Shown here one piece after another: positions 31,188-42,567 of a stretch of 64,000 nucleotides of DNA. This DNA comes from Candidatus Latescibacterota bacterium (GTDB lineage Bacteria > Latescibacterota > UBA2968 > SICM01). Location of the stretch: assembly GCA_965217865.1 (NCBI GenBank), contig CBDCJO010000002.1, forward strand, positions 480,001-544,000. Direction: 5' to 3'. A program made the position numbers and the translations under genes. Below the pieces are notes generated by a model that did not search any database, was not told the DNA's origin, and saw only the letters and a program-made list of their open reading frames with translations. Within the stretch, counting starts at the first letter, position 1. Each line of letters starts with the position of its first letter.

Positions 31188-32633
31188 GGGAGTGGCCTCC
31201 TTGGCGTTGAGGGCGGAGCCAATGCCCCACCAGTGTTGTGCGCTCTGCGGGTCGCACTGAGAACAGAAGCGATGCGAGCAATCTCTCAGGGTCGGAGGTG
31301 GCCCAAGGCACGCTGGTCTCGATCAAGGGCAACCGGGCCATGGCATACCGGCTCTTCGCGAGTCGGATAGCACCCTCGACCTGCCCCGTGCGCAGGAGTG
31401 CGGCGAGTGCTCGCGCCACTGCGGGTGTGCGTGCACCACTCTCCGCAGAAAGGAGATCCTCGGAAGAGGTCGTACGCTGCGACGGTATGATCCGCTCGCC
31501 GAAGAACGGCTGCAAGATCCCATACAGGCACAACGCGCCGCTTGGGCTCAGAGGGGCAACTCCGCCTTTGGCGAAGGTCTTCACGGCGGGCGTGACGAAG
31601 CTCCAGTCGAAGAGTGCAAGTCTGGAAACCCAGTTCGCAAGCAACGCGTCATCGATTCGCGAGGACAGCCACATCTCAATCTGATGATGCGTGGCGGGGA
31701 GCAGGAACGTCGTTCGCCGGTCCACGGTATCCGTCTCCCGGTCGAGCGTGGCTCGGCACAACACGTCGCACAGCAGGCTCGGTAACGGCCCCGCCCGCCA
31801 GCCCCAGCGGGCAGGTACTCGGTCGGGGTGCACGAAACGCCCGTCCCGTTCCTTGGTGACGCCGAAACGATAGAGCGCAAATGGTCGATCGCTGCTGAAT
31901 CCAGAGACTAGCGAAAGAGCGAGGCGCGCCTCGCCGGACGGTAAAATGTCTCCGAAGAGATTCGGAAGCCATGCATTTGGCAGCGGCCGCCAAGTGATCT
32001 TTCGCTCTCGAAAGGAACGGTTTCGGTCCAAGCGATCGATGGCTGCGACCGCTGCATCCAGCACCGCGCATGCCCTCTCCGCATCGTTTGGCGCCGAAGC
32101 GGCAGCCAGCATCGCAGCTTCGAGTGGCCCGACATACAGCGGCAACCAGGATGCCGGCGCGTTGCGCGATCTGGATACCCGCTGAAGTTGGTCCACAAGT
32201 GACAGCAGTTGCCGAAACGCGGCCGCCCTCGCACGCGTTCGATCTGCTGGCACCGACTTCGCGATGCCAAACGTGCCCTCGAAGCGCGGCTCGAATGTGT
32301 TGGCGCTCGTTGTTCGTCCGAGGACGAAGCGACGAAACTCGCTGATTCCCGCGTCAACGCCGCGGTCAACGATCGCGACCGCGAACCCACTCGGTGTGAG
32401 CACTCCGCACCCTTGGATCTCGGCACGCCCGCGTGCAAAGAGCGCACGGACCTCGGGCGCTGTCATCGGACGAGTCCACAGAGGGGCCCAAACTTCAGCC
32501 GAGTCCCGCCCTGCTTCGTCGCTCTTCTCGGGAGCTGCTTCACGCGTGACGAACGGAAATGCGCCTCTGGATCGCGCACGAGCCCCGAGTCGTCGGGAAG
32601 CGCCGCCCGCGAAGAAGACGAGTCCCTCGCACG
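31180..32633 (-). pseudogene. csx17: Type I-G Cas8 (Csx17), 5'-truncated by IS3-like element
   Basis: GAFPF, EVWAPLWTRP, LFARGRA, RGVDAGISEFRRF; the ORF start listed in the track lies inside the IS end. Confidence 0.8.
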
Positions 32634-34192
32634 TGTATCTATTCTGAGATAACAAGAGAAAAGCAGATAAAGGTCCAAGCAAGATTCAGGCAGCCTTGTG
32701 GATGGTCTGGGATGTTCTTTGCCGATTGATTTCTATGCGGCGCTGCCGAGCCTCCTCCTTTCGACCTTGTCGGTGGTGAAGAATCTTTTGATGCTGGCCT
32801 TTATGCCTCTGAAGAGGCGTGACATACTGTATTGCCCCGTGATAGCGTTCGGCGTTGTAGCTGTGAATGAAGGAATCAATCAGGCCTTCCAGTTGATGGA
32901 ATGTGAAGATGTCCTGGAAGCGCAGCCAGTCGTATTTGAATGTCCGGAAAAAGGCTTCGATCCAGGCGTTGTCCGTGGGTGTTTGATATCGGGCAAACAG
33001 CTGCGAGATGCCCAGGTCCTTGAAGAATTGGGCCATCGATTTGGCCTTCATCTGAGATCCGTGATCTGAGAGGGCTGTCAAGCTTATGGGCCCAGTGTCC
33101 AGCAGTCCTTCGTTGGCAAGGGCTTGATCCCAGGCCTGTTTGACCTGCTCCACGGTCGCGTTGAAGGAGAGCTTCCATCCTACGATCTTCCTGGAATACA
33201 CGTCGAGAATGGCGGTAAAATACAGGAACAAACCGAAAAATGGGATGTAGGTCAGGTCCCAGCTCCAGACCTGATTAGGACCTTCAGGTTTGACCTGGGG
33301 CTTGCTCTGCTTGACCGGCGTCCTCACCTGTTTCCTGCGTGCCAGACGTTCTTTCCTGGCCTGTCGGTAGAAGCTGGAGGCCGAGGCCTGCACTACCCCC
33401 TTCTCTGAGGCTACCACCGCCAGCTGATGGGGAGGCAGATCGGCATAGGTCTCATCCCTTAAGAGGGCCGGGATTTGCTCTTTCTCCTCCCTCAGCAATC
33501 CGTGTGGGGCCTCATCAGGGGCGGGCCCGGGCTTCCCATCCAAAAGCGGGTCCGACACCCCATCCAGCTTCTCTTCTCGATCTCGCCGGCTCCAGGCACA
33601 ATACCGCTGGAGGGGAAGCTGTAGGATCTCGCAAGAACGGGTGAGTTTCACCCCTTTCTCCTTGGCCCGATGGACCATTAAGAGGATCTCGCGTTTGACC
33701 TCAGCTTGCACCCGGTGGCCCTTGATCGGGCCTGTCAGATCCCATTCACACTTTTTTTTAGCAGGGAAAGTTCCACAGATTGCTCAATGATCGTTTGCTC
33801 CAGGCGTGCCCGCTCTTTGCGCAGCTGCTCCACCTCCTCAGCCGATACCATCGGCTTGCGGCTCCGGCGACCCTTGAACTCCTTGAGGGCCCCGGACTTG
33901 ACCGACTCACGAATACGCTTTAGATCCGAGGAATGAATGCCCCATTTCCGCAGCACCTGTGCAATGGGAACATCTCCCCGGCTGGCTTCAAGGAAAATCT
34001 CATACTTCTGTTCCGGGGACAAGCTCCTGCGCTTCTTGACCGGGTCACTGTTTGAGGACAGTTGCTCCATCTTTACTCCTCCTGTGAGGTCAGGGATATC
34101 CCAAAATATGTATCCCTTCTCAACCCTACAGGCAACCAGGATCTTGCTTCGACCTTGCCCCCGTTTTTTCGGGCGATCTCAGACAAAAGATA
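32634..34192 (-). mobile_element. IS3-like element copy 1 (orfA 33735-34070, orfB 32686-33711)
   Basis: rve core WSWDLTY...SDHGSQ...DNAWIEAFFRTFK; near-identical to 55141-56705; flanks GTTC/CGTG do not match, so no TSD. Confidence 0.9.
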
Positions 34193-34193
34193 G

Positions 34194-34500
34194 AACCCCT
34201 TCCACCGGTAGCCCTTTCCCCTTGCCGGTCCATCCCTTAAAGTCTCCGTTTGGATCCCGTATTTCTTCAAGAGCTTTCCCCGAGCCTGTTTCGCTTCTTC
34301 ATTGAAGGGGCCGCCTGACGCGCCCGCCAGCTCCAGTCGCCGCCCACCTGGTCTGCCACCTTCACCAGCTCGCGCCCAGTTGTCTTCCTCCTGGTCGTTG
34401 AGGAAGCGTAATTCTTCCGGATTGGCTTGCCGAAGCCGGGACAGATTCTCCCGGGCGAATCGTTCGGCTCGCTCCTTCCAGTCCTCCCCAACCGGATCGT
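34194..34500 (-). pseudogene. DUF3631-like (satellite/phage primase-associated) gene remnant
   Basis: Frameshifted pieces FLNDQEEDNW / ELVKVADQVGGDWSWRARQAA / [20 protein letters not shown]; a homologous shard lies at about 54600-54790. Confidence 0.5.
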
Positions 34501-34777
34501 TGGATGCCCGCCATCGTTCGGCCTTGACCGTCCTGGGTACGCTGCCCCCCCCGTTTGGTTTTCATAATTCTTTTATAAATAAAATGTTATATTAAATAAA
34601 TTCATCCCCCCCATTTTTACCTCCGCTTTTGCGTGGGTGGAGGCCTCATGGGTGATCAAGGTGGTACAGTTTTGTGCGAAATTTGCGACCGCCTCCGACC
34701 TTTCAGCGTCTTCTCCGGGAAACAGATCGCCGGATTTTGAGGGCGGAAGGTGCATAATGCCTTTTGGAGGCCGGACC

Positions 34778-34984
34778 TCACTCGTGATCGTGGTCGAGCA
34801 TCTCGCGAGCCCGAGCTTCGGCTTCCTCGCGAGTCATTCCACCCTCATGCTCCAGGATCCCCGCGCGTTCATCGAACGCCTCGCACGCCTCGATGTCATC
34901 CTCCAACACTTTACCCTTTTCCTTAAGGGGGGGTATCGTATCCGCCACAACGCAATCCTCTGTGGCGGATTGAAAAGCCTCCAA
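34778..34984 (-). pseudogene. C-terminal shard of a phage/satellite replication-type protein
   Basis: FDERAGILEHEGGMTREEAE motif. Confidence 0.4.
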
Positions 34985-35204
34985 ATTACTGTTTTTGTTG
35001 ATTTGTGACGTTGTGACGGATACGATACCCCCCCAGGAAGAATAGGACTTCCAAACCCGTTCCAGGTCCTTTCGCTTGTATCCCTTCCGAAGTCCCTTCG
35101 TCGGTGCGGATCGTGCCCGGGCCGCATCTTGAACGGATTGAGCAAACCGGCCAGGCCGCGCGGCGCGTCGGTGCGTTCCGCCGCCCAGTCGCGGAAGCTC
35201 GACC

Positions 35205-35270
35205 GGAACCCGCCGGAATGCCGAGTTCCCGCAGCAGCTTGGAAAGTGTTGCGTCTGACAGCGGTTTGCT
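35205..35270 (-). pseudogene. Tyrosine integrase shard
   Basis: KPLSDATLSKLLRELGIPA, the segment that precedes HGFR in P4-like integrases. Confidence 0.4.
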
Positions 35271-35509
35271 ATATTTTATACTTGAAAATATCAGACCGGT
35301 CTCCGGTGGTACCTGGAGCATCTTCGGCTATGCTTCCCAGACTGGACACCGTCACGCAGCAGGCCGGCGGGCGGTAACCACGCAGACTGGAGCAGGCGTG
35401 CGGCGCAGCCGACGGTGGCCTGCCGACGCAGGTAATGATGATACGGGTGGATTCGACACGGTGGCCGGCGTGAACCGCGGGGCTGCCGCGGATTGCACGG
35501 AGAGACACG

Positions 35510-37519
35510 ATGAAGACGAGAACGAGCGCCTTAATGCCCGTGTTGGCTGCCCTCGCGTTGACAGCCGGTTGTCCGGACCTGCAAGACGATGCGATATTGG
35601 CGCAAGCCGCCGCAACCGAGACGGCGTACGTGAACGGTCGAATCTATACCCAGGATGAAGATCGGCCCTGGGCGGAGTCGCTGGTCACGAAGGGTGACAG
35701 AATCGTCTTCGTGGGGTCTGACGAGGAAGCTCTGGAGCACGCCGCCGAGGACGCCAGGCTCGTGGACCTGCAGAACCGGTTCGTGATGCCGGGAATGGTC
35801 GACGCACACACGCATCCCGGCCTGATTGCCACCGGGGCCAACTTGTCCGTGCTGGACGAGACCGATGAAGCGGACGAAGGGCCCGCCAACGCGGACAGGA
35901 TGCCGTCCCGGCCGAGAGAGGCGACGCTGGCCTGGCTGCAGCGGTACGCGGACGACCACCCGTTCACCCTCGTGATCCGACAGGGGGTGTGGGACGTCGC
36001 CACCTACCTGCCCCACGGGCCGCACAAGAGAGACCTGGATGATATTTCCAGACTCAGACCCATCATGCTGAACGACAATTCGGGGCACAGCGTCTGGGTG
36101 AATTCCGCATTCCTGCGGCTGTTCGGCATCGACGCCGACACGCCGGATCTCAGCCGTAACCTGTCTCACTTCGTGCGTGACGAGAATGGCGAGCCCACCG
36201 GCTGGGTCAAGGAGTTCTCCCTGCTGCCGTACTTCGGTGACAGGTTCGTGCCGGATGCCGACGATCTGAAGGAACGGCTGCTGAAATACCTGAACTACAT
36301 GTCAAGCAGGGGCATTACGACACTATGGGACGCCGGCAACTTCAACATGGACGATGCAGTGTACCAGGCCGCGCACGATATCGCGAGAGAAGGCAATTTG
36401 CCGTTGCGTTGGGAGGGGTCGCACCACATCTGGGCGCCGGAGCAGATCGAGACCGCGGTGGAATCGCTGGTCCGGCTGAGGGAGAAGTACGCCCACGGGA
36501 AGCTGCAGTTCAACAGTATCAAGATTCACTACGACGGCATGCAGGACATCCTTACCGCCGCCATGCTGGAGCCCTACGTCACCGACCCCGACAACTACGG
36601 CGGCGTGTTGTTCACCACTGAGCGATTGAGCGGTTTCATGCAGGAGTTGGACGCCCACCGCATCGACCTGCACATGCACGCGTCAGGCGATCGAGCGACC
36701 AGGAACATTCTCGACGCGGTCAAGGAGGCTCGGGACGCGCTGGGGCGGCCCTTGGGGATCGAGGTCACGATAAGTCATCTGTTCTCGGTGGCCGACAGCG
36801 ATGTCGCACGCTTTCAGGAGCTGGGCGTGCACGCCAACTTCACGCCGCACTGGTTCGGCGGCACCGCATATGGGGACGCCAGGGAGATCAACGTGGGGCC
36901 GGAGCGGGCCGGCCGGTCTCAGCTCGTCGGGCAGTTCATGCGGCAAGGGGTCAACGTGACGCTGTCCAGCGATGTCGTTTACAACGCGCTGCGGGTGAGC
37001 CCCTTCATCGGCGTCGAAATGAGCATGACCCGACGGGCACTGGGCAGGGCCGATGCGCCCACCATGCCGCCGCGGGACGCCAGGATTTCGCTGGAGCAGG
37101 CGCTGGCGGGCTATACGGTGAACGGCGCTGCGCAGCTCGGGCGGCAAGGACAGATCGGCGTCATCAGGGCGGGGTTGCTGGCGGACTTCATCGTCCTTCC
37201 GCAGGACCCGTTCGAAATGGACGTGGAGAGAATCCACACGATCGCGCCCAGCGCCACGGTCGTGGCCGGTGAGCTGCGAAGCGGTAGCCTGCTGTGGGAT
37301 ATGTCGCCGTGCAGCACACCTCAAGCCCCTAATTCCGACTTTGATGGCGATGGTACTGTTGACCTTGCCGACTTTTTCCGGTTTGCCGAACAGTTTGGAT
37401 CAAGTCAAGGCGATAAGGGATATGAAGCGCGGTATGATCTGGATGGGGATGACATAATTGGGCTTGGTGATTTTTTTATCTTTGCCAACGACTTCGGCAA
37501 GGAAGCGTCATCAAATTGA
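35510..37519 (+). CDS. Lipoprotein amidohydrolase (YtcJ-like) with appended EF-hand/dockerin-like tail
   Basis: LTAGC lipobox, PGMVDAHTH, HMHASGDRA, GLLADFIVL; tail DFDGDGTVDLADFF...YDLDGDDIIGLGDF. Confidence 0.85.
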   Translation: MKTRTSALMPVLAALALTAGCPDLQDDAILAQAAATETAYVNGRIYTQDEDRPWAESLVTKGDRIVFVGSDEEALEHAAEDARLVDLQNRFVMPGMVDAHTHPGLIATGANLSVLDETDEADEGPANADRMPSRPREATLAWLQRYADDHPFTLVIRQGVWDVATYLPHGPHKRDLDDISRLRPIMLNDNSGHSVWVNSAFLRLFGIDADTPDLSRNLSHFVRDENGEPTGWVKEFSLLPYFGDRFVPDADDLKERLLKYLNYMSSRGITTLWDAGNFNMDDAVYQAAHDIAREGNLPLRWEGSHHIWAPEQIETAVESLVRLREKYAHGKLQFNSIKIHYDGMQDILTAAMLEPYVTDPDNYGGVLFTTERLSGFMQELDAHRIDLHMHASGDRATRNILDAVKEARDALGRPLGIEVTISHLFSVADSDVARFQELGVHANFTPHWFGGTAYGDAREINVGPERAGRSQLVGQFMRQGVNVTLSSDVVYNALRVSPFIGVEMSMTRRALGRADAPTMPPRDARISLEQALAGYTVNGAAQLGRQGQIGVIRAGLLADFIVLPQDPFEMDVERIHTIAPSATVVAGELRSGSLLWDMSPCSTPQAPNSDFDGDGTVDLADFFRFAEQFGSSQGDKGYEARYDLDGDDIIGLGDFFIFANDFGKEASSN

Positions 37520-37892
37520 CCTGTCTGTCCGTGCAGGCGGATGTCTTTCACTTGAGAAGAGCATAACCCGATGCAAAAAACCGTTCTTCGTCTCACCTCA
37601 CCAATCAGATTGAGTGCTTGCCTTTTCGCGTTGATCGGTCGTTGCGGCAAGAGAACATATCGCCACCCTGGGGCATGCGGGTGGGGTCCAGTTTGTATCG
37701 TTTTCAACCGATGGGCGATCCTCGCTTCGGGGTCACAGGATAACACACGGTCAATGCTCCGGCACGTCCCCCAGCCACTGATGGAAGGCGCGGTTGCGAG
37801 CCTCCAGCGTCGAACCTTCCGGGCGAGGCAGCCTGCGGAAGGCATCGTCCAACGCGACGGCGGGAAGGTCGGGGTTGAGCCGGGCTAGCGCA

Positions 37893-38150
37893 TCACGCAA
37901 ACGTCGCGGCAGTGACCCCGACTTCGGTTTCGGAACTCGGAAACAGGAAGTCTGGGCGTTGATTATTCTCAGTTATGGCACCGCGGACATAGGCAATGTC
38001 ATGGGCACGAAACACCGCCTCCAGATGATGCTCCAGAGACTGCCCCATTCGTGACTTCCTTCGGTTCTGCACACTCAACGAGAAACGAATAAATCCGTCA
38101 ACATCGGTCGCCCCATTCTCATCGCGAAATCCGTCGTCCAAGCGTGTCGC
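37893..38150 (-). pseudogene. EcoRII-like type II restriction endonuclease, internal fragment
   Basis: SVQNRRKSRMGQSLEHHLE...[12 protein letters not shown]. Confidence 0.8.
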
Positions 38151-38153
38151 GAC

Positions 38154-38372
38154 AAAGCCCGGATCATCCGGGAGCGCGGCTTCAAAAACATCCGACTTGC
38201 CAGTGAACGTGTTGCCGGGGTTTCGTATCGTCCTGCTCGATGCAGGAAGACCTGTCGACTCGTGATCCTCGAAAAGAACCTGAGCGTCGAACGCGGCGAA
38301 AACGCCCTGTTCGATGACAAGCGCTATTTCTTCTACATTACCACCCGAAAAGATCTTACGGCCGCGGAAATC
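38154..38372 (+). mobile_element. Internal fragment of the IS1380 transposase
   Basis: Near-identical to about 28800-29018; no IS ends. Confidence 0.9.
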
Positions 38373-38569
38373 TGACGAACGGCCGGTCGGTGCGCTACGG
38401 TTTATGGGTGAAGTCTTCTTTCTACCTTCTGACTTACTATAAGCCTTTATCCATCACATGTACGGAGGAATTCCCTTATTTTTTTCGCTAAGAACCGCTC
38501 GCCTTAGGTACTAATTGACCGCTCCTCATTGAAGAGGAACGACGTTCAACCGTCTCAGCAAAGGAGTCA

Positions 38570-41179
38570 ATGATGTCGCATTTCCTGCACTCCATCGGTC
38601 GGCACGCTATCGCCACCTTGCTGCTGTCGCTGCTTACTGCGGGGTCGGCGACCGGCCAAACAGCGGGCGGGATCGAGGGCACGGTCACGAACGAGATCGG
38701 TGATCTGTTGCCCGGCGTCTCGGTGACGGTGACCGGATCCGGCGTGCGCGAGGGAAGCGTCACGGATGCCGACGGTGCCTACGAATTCACCGATCTGCCC
38801 GTCGGCGACTACCTGGTCACAGCCATTCTGGTGTTTTTCGCGCCCGGGGAGTTGCCGGTCTCTGTCACGGCAGGTGCGGTCGCAACAGTCCCGATCGTTC
38901 TACAGTTCTGGCGGCTCGATGCGCTCACCGTCGTTGCAGAGGAGCCCCGGGTCTTCTCGCGCAATTTCGTCACGGAGCCGATGATGAGGCAGCAGTCGAG
39001 CATCACCGGCGTGACGTCGGTGGTGGACAATCTCCCCGGAGTGTCCGTCCAGGAGGGGGACGCGTACTCCTTTGACGACTGGTCGAGCAACGTGACCATG
39101 CGCGGGTTCCAGGCGACGATCAACGATGTGCAAATCGGTACCACCATCGACGGCATTCCGAACGGCACGTCGGACTACTGGAGCGGCGCCAAGGCGAACC
39201 GGTTCATCGACCCGATGAATCTCGGCGGGGTGGAGGTGTCGCAGGGGACGGCCGACATAGCCTCGCGGTCGGTCGAGGCGCTGGGCGGCACGTTCAATTT
39301 CCTGACGGCCGCCCCGGCGGCGGAACAGAGCTACATGGCGTCCGCCACCATTGGCGAGAACGAGGGCCAACGGTTTGCCGCACGGGTCGAGACCGGATCG
39401 TTGTTCGGAGGTACGACGCGGGCCTGGGTCGCCGCGGTCCGGCAGGAGGCGACCGACTGGGTGCAGGGTTCCGCCAGGAACGAGCGGGAGCACATCGCCG
39501 CCAAGCTCGTGTCGTCACACGGGCGCCTCGATCTCACCAGCTACATCTCGGTCGACGAGATCCACGAGGATACCTACCAACGGCTCTACAGCGAGGCCGA
39601 CTTCAGGCAGAACCCGCGCTGGGACCGCCTGGTCGGCGAATGGCCCGGCGTGCCGTACCTGAACCAGTTCTACCGGCCCGGGTGGCAGACCCGGCGCACC
39701 AACACGCTCGCCTATGTCAGGGGCGACTGGTCGTTCAGCGAGCTCAGCTTCCTGAGCGCCGGCGCATACTACCATCGCAACCGGGGCCGTGGCGACTGGT
39801 TGCCCCCCTACATCGTCGACGTGGTCGACGATGGGGACGGACCGGAGTCGGAGCTGGCGGGCCTCCCGCCGGTGCGGGGCGGCGCCCAGCTCGGACTCAT
39901 CCGTTTCGTGGACCGCAATGGCGTTGCCGTCGGGCCGACGCCCGGGTGCACGTCTTCGTACATCTTCAACTACTATGGTGCGGGCGGCCCGGAGGTCGAC
40001 CCGGCGTGCCACCCGGGAGCCACGGCGGTGCAGTCCTACCGTCACAGCCACTACGGGAAGGACCGCGTCGGCCTAATGCTCGACGGGGAGTGGTCCGTTT
40101 TTTTCGGCAGGGGTGGCAGCGCGCTGCGCGCCGGCATCTGGTACGAGGCTTCGCGGCGCGACCTTGGCCGGGACTGGCACCGGATGCTGGATCCGAAGCT
40201 CAGCTTCAAGTGGGACGAGCGGGCCTACTGGCACCAGTATGAGTGGGACTTCCCGCAGCATGTGTTCAAGTGGTACGTGGAAGAGACGCTCTACGTCGGC
40301 CCGTTCGCCCTGACCGGTGGCGTCAAGCAGTTCCTGGTCGACGTGTCGCGCGAGGACAAGTTCAACGTCAATCCGGACCTTGGAGTCGATTCCGACTCGG
40401 ATCTGCTCTTCTCCGGCGGTGTCACGTACGAGACGCCGGTCGCGGGCCTCTCCCTGTTCGCCGGCTACGCCGAGAACTTCAGGGCAATCGGCAGCACGCT
40501 GCTCGAGGTGCCGGGCCGGAGTCTGGACCTCCTCGCGCCCGAGAGCGCCTCGAACATCGATGTAGGGCTGCAGTACGCTGGAGAGCGGGTTGCGCTGAGC
40601 GCCACCTGGTACACCATCAATTTCGACAACCGAATCTTTTACATCGGCCCGCAAACGCCCACCGGTCCCGACTACCTCGTCCCCGGAGGCGGTGCCTACT
40701 TCAACGCGGGCGGCATCGAGACGAGTGGCGTCGAGTTGTCCGCCACGCTGCGGATGCCGGGTCAGACATCGTTCTACACCGCCTTCACGTCCAACGCCTC
40801 GAAGTACATCGGGAGCGGTGAACCGCTCGTCGACGCGAGCCAGGACATCGTGCCGGGAACCGATGTTGCCGGCGCATCGCCCCGTCTGTGGGTCCTCTCG
40901 CTCGACCGCACCGGACCCTTCGGCGGTGGGCTGTCCACCAAGTACACGTCTTCGCGCCGCGTCAGTCTGGCCGCGGACTGGTACACCGACGCCTACTGGC
41001 TGGTGGACGCCTACATCAGTCTGAGGGGCGAATCGTTGAGCGACCGGCTCCGGTCGCTGGAGTTCTCGATCGTGGCGAACAACCTGTTCGACAAGCCTTA
41101 TCTGTCAGCGATCACCGAGAATGCAGCCTGGCTGGGCGCACCCCGGACGATTTCGACGACCGTGACCGTCTCGTTCTGA
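38570..41179 (+). CDS. TonB-dependent receptor
   Basis: Signal peptide, carboxypeptidase-regulatory-like N-domain, plug (LPGVSV, MRGF, IDGIP), NNLFDKPY...GAPRT...SF C-terminus. Confidence 0.9.
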   Translation: MMSHFLHSIGRHAIATLLLSLLTAGSATGQTAGGIEGTVTNEIGDLLPGVSVTVTGSGVREGSVTDADGAYEFTDLPVGDYLVTAILVFFAPGELPVSVTAGAVATVPIVLQFWRLDALTVVAEEPRVFSRNFVTEPMMRQQSSITGVTSVVDNLPGVSVQEGDAYSFDDWSSNVTMRGFQATINDVQIGTTIDGIPNGTSDYWSGAKANRFIDPMNLGGVEVSQGTADIASRSVEALGGTFNFLTAAPAAEQSYMASATIGENEGQRFAARVETGSLFGGTTRAWVAAVRQEATDWVQGSARNEREHIAAKLVSSHGRLDLTSYISVDEIHEDTYQRLYSEADFRQNPRWDRLVGEWPGVPYLNQFYRPGWQTRRTNTLAYVRGDWSFSELSFLSAGAYYHRNRGRGDWLPPYIVDVVDDGDGPESELAGLPPVRGGAQLGLIRFVDRNGVAVGPTPGCTSSYIFNYYGAGGPEVDPACHPGATAVQSYRHSHYGKDRVGLMLDGEWSVFFGRGGSALRAGIWYEASRRDLGRDWHRMLDPKLSFKWDERAYWHQYEWDFPQHVFKWYVEETLYVGPFALTGGVKQFLVDVSREDKFNVNPDLGVDSDSDLLFSGGVTYETPVAGLSLFAGYAENFRAIGSTLLEVPGRSLDLLAPESASNIDVGLQYAGERVALSATWYTINFDNRIFYIGPQTPTGPDYLVPGGGAYFNAGGIETSGVELSATLRMPGQTSFYTAFTSNASKYIGSGEPLVDASQDIVPGTDVAGASPRLWVLSLDRTGPFGGGLSTKYTSSRRVSLAADWYTDAYWLVDAYISLRGESLSDRLRSLEFSIVANNLFDKPYLSAITENAAWLGAPRTISTTVTVSF

Positions 41180-41354
41180 CGGGACCGTCTGACGTACGAC
41201 TCGGTGTCTTGCCGTCCTGCTTCGTGGTCGTATCGGTCGCGGGTGATGATGGCTGTCCTGGAGGCGGGCGTGCGGCGAAGTGCTCGCGCTGCTCGTAGAG
41301 GCCCGGTGACGCGGGCGGGAATCCAGGCCTGGATGGCCTCGGGGGTGGAGGCGG

Positions 41355-41555
41355 CGTCCTGCATCACGGTCGGCCTGCTTGATCCAGTTTTGGATCGTCC
41401 AGGCCACCGGTTCAAACTCCCACGACAACTCCTGCGGCGTGCACCAGTTCAAACGTCTGTTTCCGGAACGCCGACACATATGATGGTCTTGTTCTTGGCA
41501 TTTGTAAACGCCTCCTCTCCTGAAATTCAGTGTCCACTAAAGCTGGTGAACTCCA
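41355..41555 (-). mobile_element. IS3-family left end with degenerate orfA
   Basis: TGGAGTTCACCAGCTTTAGTGGACAC end; MPRTRPSY...WEFEPVAWTIQNWIKQADRD with a frameshift. Confidence 0.65.
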
Positions 41556-41889
41556 GTTTCATAAGGAACCGCAACCCCAAGGCACATGCTACATGGTTAG
41601 TAGGTTCGGCTGGAAGGACGTGAAAGGTCGCCTTAGCTTCCGACACACTATTAGCGACAGGTCGGACCGCTTCCGGGTGGATGCCGGTGCCAACCAGATA
41701 TTAGCCTCAATTCGCATTATTTTTCCCTTCGAATGGCCTGCAAACTCACGGCAGCAGACGATCTCCAACAGGTTCCGGGCCTGGAGGTTTTCGTTGGAGC
41801 CGAAAATGCGCATCAAGCTTTTGGGAGTTCGAAGAATGGATCAGTCAAGACGATACGCTCCCTGAACAACACTCATGCCATGCTATGGG

Positions 41890-42131
41890 TCACTTACTCT
41901 TTTTGTTTTGAGGAGATTGGCTTCTTTTGATTATTCTTGCCTCGGACTTTTCAGCCTCCGCTATGGTCGACTTTTGTTGAATTCGGACCTTCACACCGCC
42001 CCTCACGGGATCAGCGCTACCTGGCAGGCTCCTTCATCCGGGCCTCAACTCTCCCTCTCTGTGCGACACCGGTATACAAATTCTTCCCCTTGTCGTCCTC
42101 AATCTTATACACGACAGGCTTGTCCTTCGCG
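41890..42131 (-). pseudogene. Small GIY-YIG-like protein remnant
   Basis: Own translation KPVVYKIEDDKGKNLYTGVAQRGRV...AEKSEARIIKR with an internal frameshift. Confidence 0.45.
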
Positions 42132-42134
42132 AGG

Positions 42135-42567
42135 CCTTCGGGCGAGAATGGGGCTGGCATCGCCTCAAGGTGGTATCCGGAAACACTCGCGAGACGAATT
42201 AGGGATATCTCCCGACACCGAGACCGACTGACTTTCTGTTCTGGTGATGCTTTCGATCTGATTCCAAAGCATCTGCGGCAAAAACGAACGGCGTTCTTTG
42301 TCGATCCTCCCTCATACAGCCAGCACTAAACGAGCAGGGAAGCGGCTGTATGGTCACAACGACGTTGACCATGATAGATTGTTTGACTTGATGGCAAAGG
42401 CCCACGGCCGGGCGATGCTCACCTACGACGACGCACCAGAAGTCAGGGTGCTGGCTGACGGTCACGGATTCCATATTGACGAAGTGCCGATGAAGAACAC
42501 CCGCAACAGAAATATGTTCGAGTTGGCGATTACCAATTATGTGATGATCAGGGCTTACTTTGGATAG
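42135..42567 (+). pseudogene. Dam-like (D12 class) DNA adenine methyltransferase, 3' fragment
   Basis: GIASRWYPETL...AFFVDPP(Y) broken by a frameshift, continues AGKRLYGHNDVDH...MLTYDD. Confidence 0.75.

Noticed and set aside
29584-34192. CRISPR-associated transposon
   Set aside because: The flanking transposases are ordinary IS1380 and IS3-like elements that truncate the cas genes; no tnsABC/tniQ.
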